NCBI GenBank assembly: GCA_965208835.1
Contig: OZ242358.1
Coordinates: 2,528,001 to 2,592,000, forward strand
Direction: 5' to 3'
Origin: Candidatus Latescibacterota bacterium
GTDB taxonomy: Bacteria; Latescibacterota; UBA2968; GCA-2709665
DNA: 64,000 nucleotides
Shown piece after piece: positions 1 through 10,228 of the stretch. The notes beneath the pieces were generated by a model that worked only from the letters and a program-made list of their open reading frames with translations, was not told where the DNA came from and made no database searches. Position 1 is the stretch's first letter; every line of letters begins with the position of its first letter. Position numbers and translations under genes: made by a program.

Positions 1-1182
1 GGAAAGGGAATCGCGCCGGGTGTCGTTCTGGAGCTTTTCCTGCTAAACACTGCGTGGATGATCGCTCTGGCAGTCCCGATGGCGGTACTGGTCGCCACCC
101 TGATGGCTTTTGGCCGACTGAGCGCGGACGGAGAGATTTCTGCCATGCAGGCGCTGGGAATCGGGGTCTTCCGTGTGATTCTGCCAGTGTTTTTTTCTGG
201 CGCTGCGCTGGCGCTCGGGCTGGTTGTGTTCAACGACCGGGTTCTGCCTGAATTCAACTATCGGGCCCGAATGCTGATGGGAGATATCCAGCGCAAACGG
301 CCCACCGTTGCCCTTGAGGACAGGAGCGGTGTGTTCATTCAGGATTTCGCCAACTACAGGATTCTGATAGGAGATATCGACAGGCGGACTTCGACTCTCA
401 AGGATGTCCTGATTTACAGGTACGAAGCGGGAGGGTACCCGGTATCCATTGCAGCCGAAACCGGTCGGGTTCGAATTGACAGTGAGAGTGACGAAGCACT
501 CGTGACGCTGGAAAACGGAGAATGGCATCGGGTGGACAAGGCAGACCCTGACGTTTACATCAGAGCGCGTTTCCAAAAAAAAACCCTGCGCCTCGGGGAA
601 GCCGGCCGACACCTCATACGCACCATGTCGCATTACCGGTCGGACAGGGAGATGGGACTGGGTGCGATGATGGAGAGAGTGGACTCGCACCAGCGGGAAG
701 CATCTGCATTACAGGCCGAAGCGGCTGACAGCGCAGGCGCCGCACTGAAGCGTCTGCTCTTCGAGCCCGGTACCGAACGGCGGCCCGTTGAAATCGTCGC
801 GGACCTGGCCAGGAAATCTCGAACCGACGCAGCAATTCGACATCACAAACTCCGGCAGGCGGACCGGTACCGGGTTGAAATCCACAAGAAACTCTCGATA
901 CCTGTAGCATGTATTGTCTTCGTTGTCATTGGCGCCCCGCTCGGGATCCGGGTGCGCGGGAGCAGCCCGGCCGTCGGGGCAGGAATCAGCATCGGGTTCT
1001 TTCTCTTGTGGTGGCTCTGTCTGATCAGCGGGGAAACCCTGGCCGATCGCGGATTTGTTTCGCCGTGGGTTGCCATGTGGAGCCCTAACTTCCTGGTTCT
1101 CTCCTGCGGTGCATGGCTCGTATTCGGCACGGTGCTCGAGTGGCGTATCGATCGATGGAGGAGGCAACCTTGCGCATCCTGA
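1..1182 (+). CDS. lptF: LPS export ABC transporter permease LptF (5' truncated by window edge)
   Basis: Frame is open from base 1. YjgP/YjgQ motifs ALAVPMAVLVATLMAFGRLSADGEISAMQALG and EIHKKLSIPVACIVF...GAPLG...WVAMWSPN; followed by an lptG paralogue. Confidence 0.9.
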   Translation, partial: GKGIAPGVVLELFLLNTAWMIALAVPMAVLVATLMAFGRLSADGEISAMQALGIGVFRVILPVFFSGAALALGLVVFNDRVLPEFNYRARMLMGDIQRKRPTVALEDRSGVFIQDFANYRILIGDIDRRTSTLKDVLIYRYEAGGYPVSIAAETGRVRIDSESDEALVTLENGEWHRVDKADPDVYIRARFQKKTLRLGEAGRHLIRTMSHYRSDREMGLGAMMERVDSHQREASALQAEAADSAGAALKRLLFEPGTERRPVEIVADLARKSRTDAAIRHHKLRQADRYRVEIHKKLSIPVACIVFVVIGAPLGIRVRGSSPAVGAGISIGFFLLWWLCLISGETLADRGFVSPWVAMWSPNFLVLSCGAWLVFGTVLEWRIDRWRRQPCAS

Positions 1183-2240
1183 GTCGATACGTACAGAAGC
1201 AGTTTTTCGTATACCTGGCGTTGTGTTTTGCAGGATTTCTGGCCGTTTTCGTTGTCGTCGACCTGGCCGGCAGGCTGAGTGGCTTTATAGACAGCGGGGT
1301 GAGCGGTGGCACGATCTTCCTGTATTATGCGCTCTCCGTACCCTATATGGGAATCCTGATCCTGCCGATGGCGATGCTGCTGGCCAGTCTCTTCTGCTTT
1401 GGCAATCTCGCGCGCTTCGGCGAGCTTGCCGCAATGAAATCCGCGGGTATATCGCTTTACAGCATCGCCGCACCCGTTTTGGGGGCCTCTCTTCTCGTGT
1501 GTACTGCGTCGTTCTTTCTGACCGACCGGGTCATGCCGGGAGCAAACCGGAAACGCGAGGCAATCGTCCAGGGCAAACGCCGTGCTTTCTTAACACCAGT
1601 TGTTTCGCAGGTTGTCCTTCAGGACGTCAACGGACAGATTCTCTCCGTTGGAACCTATTTCCGCAATGAAGAGCGCGGGGCGCAGGTGACACTGGACACG
1701 TATGACGGGATGCGTCTGGTGGAGAAATTGCGCGCGGAAGAAATGCAGTGGCAGAGCGGGGGATGGACGTTTCTAAAGGGAGAGGTGAGGAGGTTTTCAG
1801 AATCAGGCGGAGAAAAGATGTCCAAGTTCACGGCAATGCCGGCACGCAAAGTCACACTCACGCCGGAAGACCTCAGCCGGGACCCTCGTTCCGCGGAGGA
1901 GCTGGGTTTTTCCGAACTCACCGCGCTCATCCAGCGGAAGCGGCGAATGGGCGATGACGTGGTTCGGGTACAGGTCGCGCGTTACATGCGCGTTTCGTTT
2001 CCATTCACCGGGTTTGTGATGGCGTTATTCGGTATTTCACTCTCGTCCCGTACCCAGCGCGCGGGCAAGCCTCTTCTTGTGGGAATCTGTTTGTTGATCT
2101 CGTTCGTCTATTATGGATGCATCCAGGCAGGACGTGTGATGGGCTGGAACGGAATCCTGCCACCATTCTCGAGTGCGTGGGCCGCCAATTTCCTGTTTTT
2201 GAGTCTTGGTGCGGTTTTGCTGATCCGGACCCGGAGGTAG
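1170..2240 (+). CDS. lptG: LPS export ABC transporter permease LptG
   Basis: TTG start after GGAGGAGG SD gives (M)RILSRYV; motif LPMAMLLASL...GELAAMKSAGISLY; C-terminal LPPFSSAWAAN; overlaps the lptF stop. Confidence 0.9.
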   Translation: MRILSRYVQKQFFVYLALCFAGFLAVFVVVDLAGRLSGFIDSGVSGGTIFLYYALSVPYMGILILPMAMLLASLFCFGNLARFGELAAMKSAGISLYSIAAPVLGASLLVCTASFFLTDRVMPGANRKREAIVQGKRRAFLTPVVSQVVLQDVNGQILSVGTYFRNEERGAQVTLDTYDGMRLVEKLRAEEMQWQSGGWTFLKGEVRRFSESGGEKMSKFTAMPARKVTLTPEDLSRDPRSAEELGFSELTALIQRKRRMGDDVVRVQVARYMRVSFPFTGFVMALFGISLSSRTQRAGKPLLVGICLLISFVYYGCIQAGRVMGWNGILPPFSSAWAANFLFLSLGAVLLIRTRR

Positions 2241-2350
2241 GTGACCCGGGTACCAGGCACGCAGAAAAAAAGACGCATGGTCGATGCGTCCTTTAGCGGG
2301 ATTCACACTCGCAGGAATCGTCGGAATCGGGAGAGACGGTTTCTCCGCTC

Positions 2351-3295
2351 CTACTTATTGTGGATAAACTTTCTCGGATTCACCGGGTGTTCTTTATCCC
2401 CGTTCCTTTTCGTCACGGCATAGTGCAGATGCGGCGCCGTCGCACGCCCGGATCTTCCCATCTTGCCAACCACCTGCCCGCGTTTCACGGTCTGACCCAC
2501 CCCAAGCGACGGCTTCTTCAGCAGATGGGCGTACAGCGTCCTGTAATCCAGTCCGTGGTCGATGGATATGTACCAGCCGAGATACCTGTCTTTGCCCACG
2601 GACTCCACGCGGCCGTTGGCGGTGGCCAGGATTTTCGTGCCGGACCGACCCGCAATGTCGATGCCCTTGTGGAACTGCCTGGCACCGGTGAATGGATTGG
2701 TCCGATAACCGAAACCCGAGGAAATCCAGCAGCCGGACTGTGGGGGTACCGGAAGAATGGAAGGGGTACGCAGGCGGGCGATCTCGTTCTGGCTGAGGAT
2801 TGAGCCGATATGATCGAAACTGGCTTCGAGAAAACGGGCCTCTCGCAGGAGCTGGTCCACGTCGGTATTTGCTCTCGTCAACCGCTCGCCAATGTCGTGG
2901 GCCACCTGGCCTTCCCATTCCGGTGCACCCTTGGTGTATCCACCCACGCCCATTTTTCGCACCTCGTCTCCCGGTTCGGCCAGATTCACCCAGGTGCGGA
3001 ACAGGCGGTCCATTTCAGTAAGGTCGTTGACGTTTTCCCTCAGTCCTTCCACCTTTTGCTGCAATTGGCTGACCTGTTTCCTTAGTACGGTGTTCTCGGA
3101 CGTCAGCGCCAGCAGCTTCGTCTCCTGCTGACGGTTTACGAAATAGCCCAATGCGTAAAAGACGACGGCGAGGGCAAGACACCCAAACAACAATGCGGCC
3201 CCAAGTCCCCAAACCGTGGGGCGAGAGGCCCTGACCTGCCGCATCTGATCTCTATTGTGGGGTACGACCATCACCGTCAGGTTTCTCTTCCACAT
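2351..3295 (-). CDS. M23 family metallopeptidase (murein hydrolase) with N-terminal TM helix and coiled coil
   Basis: ISSGFGYR.NPF, HKGIDIA (HxxxD), YAHL and ATAPHLHY (HxH) motifs. Confidence 0.92.
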   Translation of the reverse strand: MWKRNLTVMVVPHNRDQMRQVRASRPTVWGLGAALLFGCLALAVVFYALGYFVNRQQETKLLALTSENTVLRKQVSQLQQKVEGLRENVNDLTEMDRLFRTWVNLAEPGDEVRKMGVGGYTKGAPEWEGQVAHDIGERLTRANTDVDQLLREARFLEASFDHIGSILSQNEIARLRTPSILPVPPQSGCWISSGFGYRTNPFTGARQFHKGIDIAGRSGTKILATANGRVESVGKDRYLGWYISIDHGLDYRTLYAHLLKKPSLGVGQTVKRGQVVGKMGRSGRATAPHLHYAVTKRNGDKEHPVNPRKFIHNK

Positions 3296-3630
3296 GTACG
3301 AAACCTTTCATCGTCGGTTATTTACGCCAAAGACAGATTGTATGCCTGAACTATAATTCGACCGTCAAGAATAACGGACTTTTCAACGAAATTGTCAAGG
3401 CAAAACTCGACTGATTGGAGCCCTGTCGGGTACCCGCATCGCGGCATGCAAGCACCAACCGGGTATGATGGCGAGCGCACCGGCGCGATAGGTTCGACGT
3501 CCGGCGTGCTGAGCAGTCACACACTGTTTTTCCGGGACGATGCGGACGGCCACGACCGTGATTCAGGGGATCGCCGCGGATAAAGGGTAGCCGACCGGCA
3601 GGCGGAGATCAACCCGTACAGATCGGGCTG

Positions 3631-4980
3631 CTAGGCGGTCGTCATGTGGTCGATGACTTCAGCCTTCAGCGTTTCTCTAAGTATCGGGTTATCGACGCAG
3701 AAGATACGTACGACCTTGGCCTGCGTTTCAAAGTTACCGATCAGATACTCCTTGAGCATCGAGACTTCCGGGTCGTCGAACCGGAGAGGGTCGGCTTTGT
3801 CAAGGGGAATGTATGACCCGAAAAAGACGTTCAGGTTGACTTCGGGACTCTTCCCGAGCCGGGGAATATCGATCAGAATTTCGTCGCCTTCGAGCTCGAG
3901 CCCGGTCTTGGCTCCGAATGTCCTGCACAGTTCGATCTCGAGTTTCCGCCGATCGGCCGGCTGATAATACAACCCCTCCAGTTTGGCGGTCAGACCTGTT
4001 TCTCGTTCCCGTGGGAAGAAGACCCGGGCTACCTTGTGCAGTCTACGACGTTTCAGGCGCCCTATCATGCTGTTTCGTCGATCGATGTCCAGCCGATCCA
4101 TCTCCAGTTCCAGGCGGTGAATCAGGTCGGCTTCGGTCGCCCGGTTGAAGTCTTCTTCGCCGAGGCTTGAAGCAGGGTGGAGCAACAGATCCTGGACGCC
4201 CCGTTTGAACATTGCATTTGCAGACCGCACGGCGTGATGCCAGTATACGTTCCGATACATCAGATAACTCGTGAATATGAGCGCTTCCACCGCCGAGACG
4301 CCCTTGTAGGTGATCGCGGGGCGCTGTCCCGCCGGATCGAACGTGATCGAACCCAACAAGCGGTCCCGGTTGACAGATTCGCCGAAGGGCACCCCGCAAT
4401 AGCGCGCATCTCTCAGAAGATAGTCGATTTTGTCGGGATCCAGGGTACCACTGAGAATATGTGCCAGGCGCATGTCGGAATCGGGGATGTTCACGTTGTT
4501 GTTTCGGTAGTCGATCACGTTAGCCACCCGAAGGGGGTCCGTCTCTGCCCTCACCAGTGCAGCGTTGACTTCCGTGGAAGGATCCAGTATGATCTGACGG
4601 CCACGTTCCTCGTGGTCGGCGAAAAACATCTGCATTTCTTCGAAGACGTGGCAGAACGGGTAGTGGCCAATGTCGTGCAACAGGCTGGCCGCCAGCAGAA
4701 CGCGTGCGTCTTCGATATTGATGTCCGGAGGTGGATCCGCCTGAACAAGCCGACGAAGAAACTGTCCGGCAATGTGGAAGACGCCCAGCGAGTGTTCAAA
4801 CCGGGAATGGCGCGCACCGGGATATACCAGAAGCACGTGGCCCAGTTGGGAGATATCACGCAGGCGCTGGAATTCCTCGGCGTCGACCAGCGGGACCAGA
4901 TATTGGGGAATATGGATATGTCCCCAGATCGGATCCCGGATGGCCTTGCCCGAATCCAGAAACCGGAGGTCAACAGGCAT
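3631..4980 (-). CDS. HD-domain phosphohydrolase (dNTP triphosphohydrolase/SAMHD1-like family)
   Basis: IRDPIWGHI, FQRLRDISQLG, YPGARHSRFEHSLG, LLHDIGHYPFCH, DPDKIDYLLRD and MYRNVYWHH motifs. Confidence 0.9.
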   Translation of the reverse strand: MPVDLRFLDSGKAIRDPIWGHIHIPQYLVPLVDAEEFQRLRDISQLGHVLLVYPGARHSRFEHSLGVFHIAGQFLRRLVQADPPPDINIEDARVLLAASLLHDIGHYPFCHVFEEMQMFFADHEERGRQIILDPSTEVNAALVRAETDPLRVANVIDYRNNNVNIPDSDMRLAHILSGTLDPDKIDYLLRDARYCGVPFGESVNRDRLLGSITFDPAGQRPAITYKGVSAVEALIFTSYLMYRNVYWHHAVRSANAMFKRGVQDLLLHPASSLGEEDFNRATEADLIHRLELEMDRLDIDRRNSMIGRLKRRRLHKVARVFFPRERETGLTAKLEGLYYQPADRRKLEIELCRTFGAKTGLELEGDEILIDIPRLGKSPEVNLNVFFGSYIPLDKADPLRFDDPEVSMLKEYLIGNFETQAKVVRIFCVDNPILRETLKAEVIDHMTTA

Positions 4981-5279
4981 CGAAAAACACTCGGCTGGTG
5001 GGAGTCAGGGGTACGCCATCGGGCATATGGTCCCTGGCGTGGTGCTCGTCATTCGCGTTTTGTTCTTAATGGAATCGTTCGCAATATCGGTATCGACGCC
5101 GGGCAAGTCAAGTCTGGCGCAGGGAACGGAGATTTGGTTTGGCGGAGGTCGTACTCTGGAATTTACGATACGATACGGGTCGCGGACGGCGCAAGGCCGG
5201 GAAACTGTACTGGCAGTAACGTAACCCGGGCAAGTCGCCGGGCCGAAATTTCGGCGGGGAAGCAGGCATTTCGTAGAAG

Positions 5280-6002
5280 GTGCCGATGGGTTTTTCCAAA
5301 CACTGGTGGGATAGCCCGTTGCCTCGGGCGCGAGTTGCCGTAATCGCTGAAATGTCCACCGTGCTCGACGAAACATTCGGTGGCACGGCCCGGGACCTTG
5401 AGCGCGCGCGGCCGGACGGTCTCGATGCGCTGATGCGTACTGTCCTGTCCCAGAATACCACTGACGAAAACCGGGACAGGGCATACGACAGGATGCGTGC
5501 GCGGTTTCCGGACTGGGGCGACGTGATGGCGGCGGACGTGGCGCAACTGAAGGACGTCATACGCGTGGCGGGGCTGTCGAATACAAAAGCCCCGAATATG
5601 CAGGCGTTCCTGCGCTGGCTGAAGCGCAAACGGGGGAATCTGAACCTGGATTTCCTGCGGGATCTTCCGAATCAGGCCGCGGTATCCCTGTTGACCGAAC
5701 ACCGAGGCATCGGTGTCAAGACGGCCTATATCGTACTCGCCTTTGCGTTTGATCGGGATATGTGCGCCGTGGATACGCACGTGTATCGCATTCTGCGTCG
5801 TGTAGGGCTTGTCTCATCGCGATGCAGCCGTGAGAAAGCACACACGGAACTCGCGCCTCTGATCCCGGAGGGCCAGGCCAGGTCTTACCATACAAATATG
5901 GTTGAATTCGGCAAGACCGTATGCACGGCCAGGAATCCGTCCTGCGACGCATGTCCCGTCTCCAGGCTGTGCAGATACTACCACGAAATGCAGGGCGGAT
6001 GA
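5280..6002 (+). CDS. nth: Endonuclease III (HhH-GPD glycosylase with 4Fe-4S cluster)
   Basis: VLSQNTTD, HhH RGIGVKTA, VDTHVYR and C-terminal CTARNPSCDACPVSRLC cluster motif. Start codon uncertain. Confidence 0.85.
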   Translation: MPMGFSKHWWDSPLPRARVAVIAEMSTVLDETFGGTARDLERARPDGLDALMRTVLSQNTTDENRDRAYDRMRARFPDWGDVMAADVAQLKDVIRVAGLSNTKAPNMQAFLRWLKRKRGNLNLDFLRDLPNQAAVSLLTEHRGIGVKTAYIVLAFAFDRDMCAVDTHVYRILRRVGLVSSRCSREKAHTELAPLIPEGQARSYHTNMVEFGKTVCTARNPSCDACPVSRLCRYYHEMQGG

Positions 6003-6076
6003 GAATGGCAGCCCATTGAAAAAGCCCATACGGGCGGCGGCCGGCTTTCGCCGCAATGCGGACCGACGGACGCGGA

Positions 6077-7153
6077 TTAGTCGACTCTGATTCGCTGCAG
6101 ATCGTATGAATCGACATTGTAGGGTTCGAAGGTATCGTCATCGCCCGGGGTGAATACCGCCACGTACAGATACTGATCGTTGTTGTCAATGGCGATGCCT
6201 CGTTCCCGGAGGTTTCCGGCCGCAAGAAAGTAGTTCGTCTCCAGTTTGGTCTGCGTATCGAATTCAACAATAAACACGCCCGCTTCATCGGCGTCGGTAG
6301 GCGCAACGAATAGCCGGCGGCCGTCGCGGCTCAGCGCGAGCCCCAGTGCGGGGGACTTGATTTCAAATTTCCCCGTCAGCGTCAGGTCGTCGGCGCTGAA
6401 CGCCCAGAGATCCTTCACGAGGCCGCGGTCTTCCGGATCCGCAAGACCCAGATAAAGATGCTCGTTGAAGGGTCCGATGACGAAATCGTTGATCCTGGCT
6501 GAGAAACTGAAACGGGTGGAGGTGGTCTCCGTGGTGGGGAAATGACCGGAAGCATCGTATTTCAGAACGTTGTTTCTGGCTGCAACAAAGAGCTTTCGGT
6601 CTCCGTGATTCATCTGAAGTGCGCCGGAGCGCACATTTCCGCTGGTTTCCCGATTGTCGACAATCGACACTGCAATCAGCAGCGGTTCATCCAAAGAGGA
6701 AACATAGACAATCGAGTCGGTTCCGCAGACAATATGGGAAATGTCATTGAGGGAATAAGGGACCGTCTTCACGAGGGCGAACGAATTCAGGTCGATGACT
6801 TTGAGGTTCGATTCTCCGTTCAATCCCACCACCAGATGGCGTTGGTTCGGCGTGATGTCGAGGTCGATCGGGTGGGAACCTACCTGAAGGCTCCCGTCGA
6901 CCGTCATCTGGCTGCCAAGGTGGATGCGAAGTATCCGGTTGTTACCATAGTCGGCAAGATACAGATATGGCTGGTTCGGATCCATGACCATATCGGAGAT
7001 ATTCACGCCGAGTTCCAGGATTTCGAAATCTTCAATCTTGTAGAATTGTTCCGGCTCTTCGTCGTCAAGATAGAGCGAACAGCCCGGCACAAAGAGGATT
7101 GCAAACAACACGAAAAAGACGAACCGGCGGCTTGTTGTTCCAATTCGGTCCAT
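6077..7153 (-). CDS. YncE-like beta-propeller lipoprotein
   Basis: Hydrophobic N-terminus with lipobox VPGC; repeats such as YLYLADYGNNRI, VGSHPIDLDITP and LALSRDGRRLFVA. Start reassigned to ATG 7153 because the ORF-track extension runs through a repeat element. Confidence 0.75.
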   Translation of the reverse strand: MDRIGTTSRRFVFFVLFAILFVPGCSLYLDDEEPEQFYKIEDFEILELGVNISDMVMDPNQPYLYLADYGNNRILRIHLGSQMTVDGSLQVGSHPIDLDITPNQRHLVVGLNGESNLKVIDLNSFALVKTVPYSLNDISHIVCGTDSIVYVSSLDEPLLIAVSIVDNRETSGNVRSGALQMNHGDRKLFVAARNNVLKYDASGHFPTTETTSTRFSFSARINDFVIGPFNEHLYLGLADPEDRGLVKDLWAFSADDLTLTGKFEIKSPALGLALSRDGRRLFVAPTDADEAGVFIVEFDTQTKLETNYFLAAGNLRERGIAIDNNDQYLYVAVFTPGDDDTFEPYNVDSYDLQRIRVD

Positions 7154-7167
7154 GCCGGATCGCCTGA

Positions 7168-7328
7168 CAGTCCGTTGAATAGAGTCGCTCTGGAGGCGAG
7201 GCCGAGCCATTGTGGTCGAAGACAAGGCTCGCGACCGAGTCCCATCCTTCGATTCGGCGAGGGAGCGCAACGAAGGTTTTCGACCGCAAGGGCCGGGCGC
7301 AGCCCGGATGGTCTGTTTCAACGGGCTG
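7168..7328. mobile_element. MITE-like palindromic element (family B)
   Basis: Terminal inverted repeats CAGTCCGTTGAATA / TTTCAACGGGCTG; internal arms TTGTGGTCGAAGAC / GTTTTCGACCGCAA; abuts the TAG stop of the upstream gene. Confidence 0.7.
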
Positions 7329-8294
7329 CTAGAGCGAGAAAGCATATGATGTGCTCAGCTCTATAAGATAGTCCGATGTCAGCTGGCTCTCGTTCACGTT
7401 TTGAAATACGACAATGGGCAGGTGAAATTCAACGCTCAAATTATCCAGTACATTGACCCCCAATTCAGGCGAAAGATACATCCACTTGCCTCCGCGTTCT
7501 CTGGTAATCTGGCCGAACTGGTAACGGTCCCTCGAGGTGATCAGATTTTTCAGACTCACTCCGCCATACAACCAGCCTTCACCTTCGTACTCCAGCGAAA
7601 GGCTTGCGTGCAGTTCATTGCCATATTTGTAGCCGTAGATGTTCTGTCTCGAGGTGATACGGGAAAACACGCCCGCCGATACCGAAATGGTCTCAAATTG
7701 ATGATGCACATTGAGCGCGAAAACCGGGTCCACACTTCCTGAGCCGATCTGCAGATTGTCGGCGAAACGCACGCCGTACCGGTCCTTGGCATCTACGGAA
7801 CCGTTTGCCAGCTTCAGTCCAACGCCGAGATTCACCCCGGGGAGACCCGCCGCGAGGGGTGCGGCGTAATTCAGCATGGCCACGATATCGCCAAGACCGG
7901 AAGCATGCCGGACATACTTTCCGCCTTCATACTGGTTGGGGTTCTGTCCGCGCAACAGCACCTTTTCGTTCGTAACTGAACGGAAGGGTACGGCCAACGC
8001 AAGACCGATGTGCTCCGTCACGCCCAGGGAAGCGAACAGGGTGGTTGTGGCATTGTCCGTTCGCTCGCGATTGACGTTCGGTATGGCGCGGGACCCGTAG
8101 TGGGGGTCGGACAGGAATTCGTAGTCGTAATGTACACTGAGCTTCAGCTGATCCTGTACGGCCAGACCGTTTTTCATCAGGCTCCCGCCCGGGAGCACGG
8201 GCCGTCGTCAGCTGACACCACCCTGAGCGTGGGCGGCGGGCGCCGCAATGGTTCGCGCCACGAAACACAGTAAGAGTACCGCGAACGTCCGCAT
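7329..8294 (-). CDS. Outer-membrane beta-barrel ('transporter'/MetA-pathway-like) protein with in-frame TGA at codon 29; candidate selenoprotein
   Basis: GAGGA SD and ATG 8294 give signal peptide MRTFAVLLLCFVARTIAAPAAHA, then QGGVS-TGA(8210-8208)-RRPVLPGG, in frame with the 289-aa ORF. That ORF has SGLGDI, LKLANG, LQIGSGSVD, alternating beta strands and a C-terminal TSYAFSL. Confidence 0.75.
8181..8196 (-). promoter_or_regulatory. Putative bacterial SECIS hairpin
   Basis: GCUCCC-GGGC-GGGAGC perfect 6-bp stem beginning 12 nt after the in-frame UGA, with a G-first apical loop. Confidence 0.6.
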
Positions 8295-8462
8295 TCGGGT
8301 TTTCCTCGATCCGAAAGTTGTGAACTCGCTCCAAGCGTCCGGTTTTTCGGGTTGAAATATACCTTACATGCGCCCGGATAGCAAGGCGGATTTTCTTTCG
8401 TGAGTTTACATAGAGCTCAAATTTACAAATCTTTACACAACCATTTGTCGCGCCGTTTTTGC

Positions 8463-8491
8463 TTGACACTACCGGGAGATTGGGCTATCTT
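8463..8491 (+). promoter_or_regulatory. Sigma70 promoter of tRNA pair
   Basis: TTGACA-N17-TATCTT about 45 bp upstream of tRNA-Arg. Confidence 0.7.
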
Positions 8492-8535
8492 TAACGTCCG
8501 ATTTCCAGCAGACGGCTTCGTGCGCGGGGCTTGTA

Positions 8536-8609
<74 letters not shown>

Positions 8610-8625
8610 TATTACATCAGCTTGT

Positions 8626-8703
8626 GGTGGGTGTAGCTCAGATGGTTAGAGCGCCTGGTTGTGGCCCAGGAGGTCGGGGGTTCAAGTCCCCTCACTCACC
8701 CCA
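8626..8703 (+). tRNA. tRNA-His(GTG)
   Basis: G-1 plus GTGGGTG/CACTCAC acceptor; CCTGG-TTGTGGC-CCAGG anticodon arm; C discriminator; encoded CCA. Confidence 0.95.
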
Positions 8704-8781
8704 CTCTTTGCCTGGCTGTTTCTCGCCTTTGGTTCCCCGGGGATATTGGAGCCAAAGGTTTTTTAACGTCTGAAATTGCCA

Positions 8782-10143
8782 ATGATTACGAAAAACCACC
8801 TTCGAAACGGCTCGTCACGGGCTGTGATCATCGGCCTGGATGGTACACCCTGCAGTCTGATAAACCGGTTAGTCGCCGATGGCCGAATGCCGAAATTCGC
8901 CGGGCTCCTGCAAGCCGGAAGCCTGGCGGGAATGGAATCGGTCCTGCCGACGGTATCGTCGGTCGCCTGGGCGTCGGTAGTAACCGGGTGTAATCCAGGC
9001 AAGCACAATATCTTTGGCTTTATTGATCGAGTGCCTGACACCCACGAAATGTACATTCCTACGTCCAGAACAATGCGCGCCAGGACCTGGACGGAGATTT
9101 TCAGCGGGATGGGCAGGCGTGTCTTTTCCATGGGCGTTCCGACAACCTACCCCCCACGGGCGGTGAACGGAATACTGATTTCCGGGTTTCTGGCGCCGGA
9201 TCTGAACCGGAGTACCTATCCCGCTGCGGTGGCGCGTGAGCTGGCTGCGATGGGGTACCGGATCGACATCGACTCCTGGCTCGCCCGAAGGGACAGGGAG
9301 CGATTCCTCGACGATGTCTTTCAGGCCATGGAACGGCGGTTTGACGCGATGTTCCATTTCCTGGACCAGGAACCCTGGGACCTGTTTGTCGCCCACGTCC
9401 TGGAAACGGACAGGCTGCACCATTTTCTATGGGGTCTGGTGGACGACGGCAGTCAGTCCTATCTGCCCTGGTTTCACAGGTTTTACGACCGTGTTGACCG
9501 CGCCATCGGTGAGGTTGCGGACCGGCTTGACGATGACACACTGCTGATGATTGTCTCCGACCACGGGTTCTGCAAGTTGAAGTATGAAGTCCATTTGAAT
9601 TACTGGCTGCACCAGGCCGGTTTTCTGCGTTTTCGCAGTCGCACGGCCAGGGGGCTCCGCGATCTCGCGCCCGACACACGATGTTATTCGCTATTGCCCG
9701 GGCGCATGTATCTTTCCCTGCGGGGTCGTGAGCGCGGGGGGCGCGTGGAGCCAGGCGCGGAATACGAAGCGCTGAGAGGGGATATCGCCGACGGCCTGAT
9801 GCAGATCCGGGATCCGGAAACGGGTCAGCCGGTGATCCGGAGAATCTTCAGACGCGAGGAACTCTACGCCGGTGATGCCTTCGAACTGGCGCCGGATCTG
9901 ATCGCCATGCCAGCGGCCGGTTACGATTTGAAAGGCGGTTTTGACAGTGAAGTACTGATGGATCGCGGCCCGGTAAATGGCACGCATACGTTTTCGGACG
10001 CGATGTTTTTCATCAATCGCGAGGCCGATTTGTCAAAGAAGGTCCGACTGATTGACGTGTTTCCGACGCTCTTCGATGCCGTCGGACTCGAGGTTCCCGT
10101 TGGCGTGGACGGGCGGTCCCTGGTTGCCGGCCGTGTGAACTGA
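8782..10143 (+). CDS. Alkaline phosphatase superfamily / type I phosphodiesterase-nucleotide pyrophosphatase
   Basis: IIGLDG, SVLPTVSSVAW, TGCNPGKHNIFGF, ETDRLHH, IVSDHGF and GTH motifs. Confidence 0.9.
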   Translation: MITKNHLRNGSSRAVIIGLDGTPCSLINRLVADGRMPKFAGLLQAGSLAGMESVLPTVSSVAWASVVTGCNPGKHNIFGFIDRVPDTHEMYIPTSRTMRARTWTEIFSGMGRRVFSMGVPTTYPPRAVNGILISGFLAPDLNRSTYPAAVARELAAMGYRIDIDSWLARRDRERFLDDVFQAMERRFDAMFHFLDQEPWDLFVAHVLETDRLHHFLWGLVDDGSQSYLPWFHRFYDRVDRAIGEVADRLDDDTLLMIVSDHGFCKLKYEVHLNYWLHQAGFLRFRSRTARGLRDLAPDTRCYSLLPGRMYLSLRGRERGGRVEPGAEYEALRGDIADGLMQIRDPETGQPVIRRIFRREELYAGDAFELAPDLIAMPAAGYDLKGGFDSEVLMDRGPVNGTHTFSDAMFFINREADLSKKVRLIDVFPTLFDAVGLEVPVGVDGRSLVAGRVN

Positions 10144-10228
10144 GTCATGGCCGGTCGTGCCGGTCGGACGCATTGGCGCGTCGCGGGACGCTCCAGCCCT
10201 TTTCACGATAGTCTTTAGTGGGGGCGTT

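Noticed and set aside
575-583. A9 homopolymer in lptF as a phase-variation or frameshift site
   Set aside because: The frame is intact (FQKKT) in an essential gene, with no sign of an alternative-frame product.
7154-7345. 64-aa N-terminal extension of the beta-propeller ORF
   Set aside because: It translates the MITE-like element and overlaps the upstream gene; the lipoprotein signal begins at ATG 7153.
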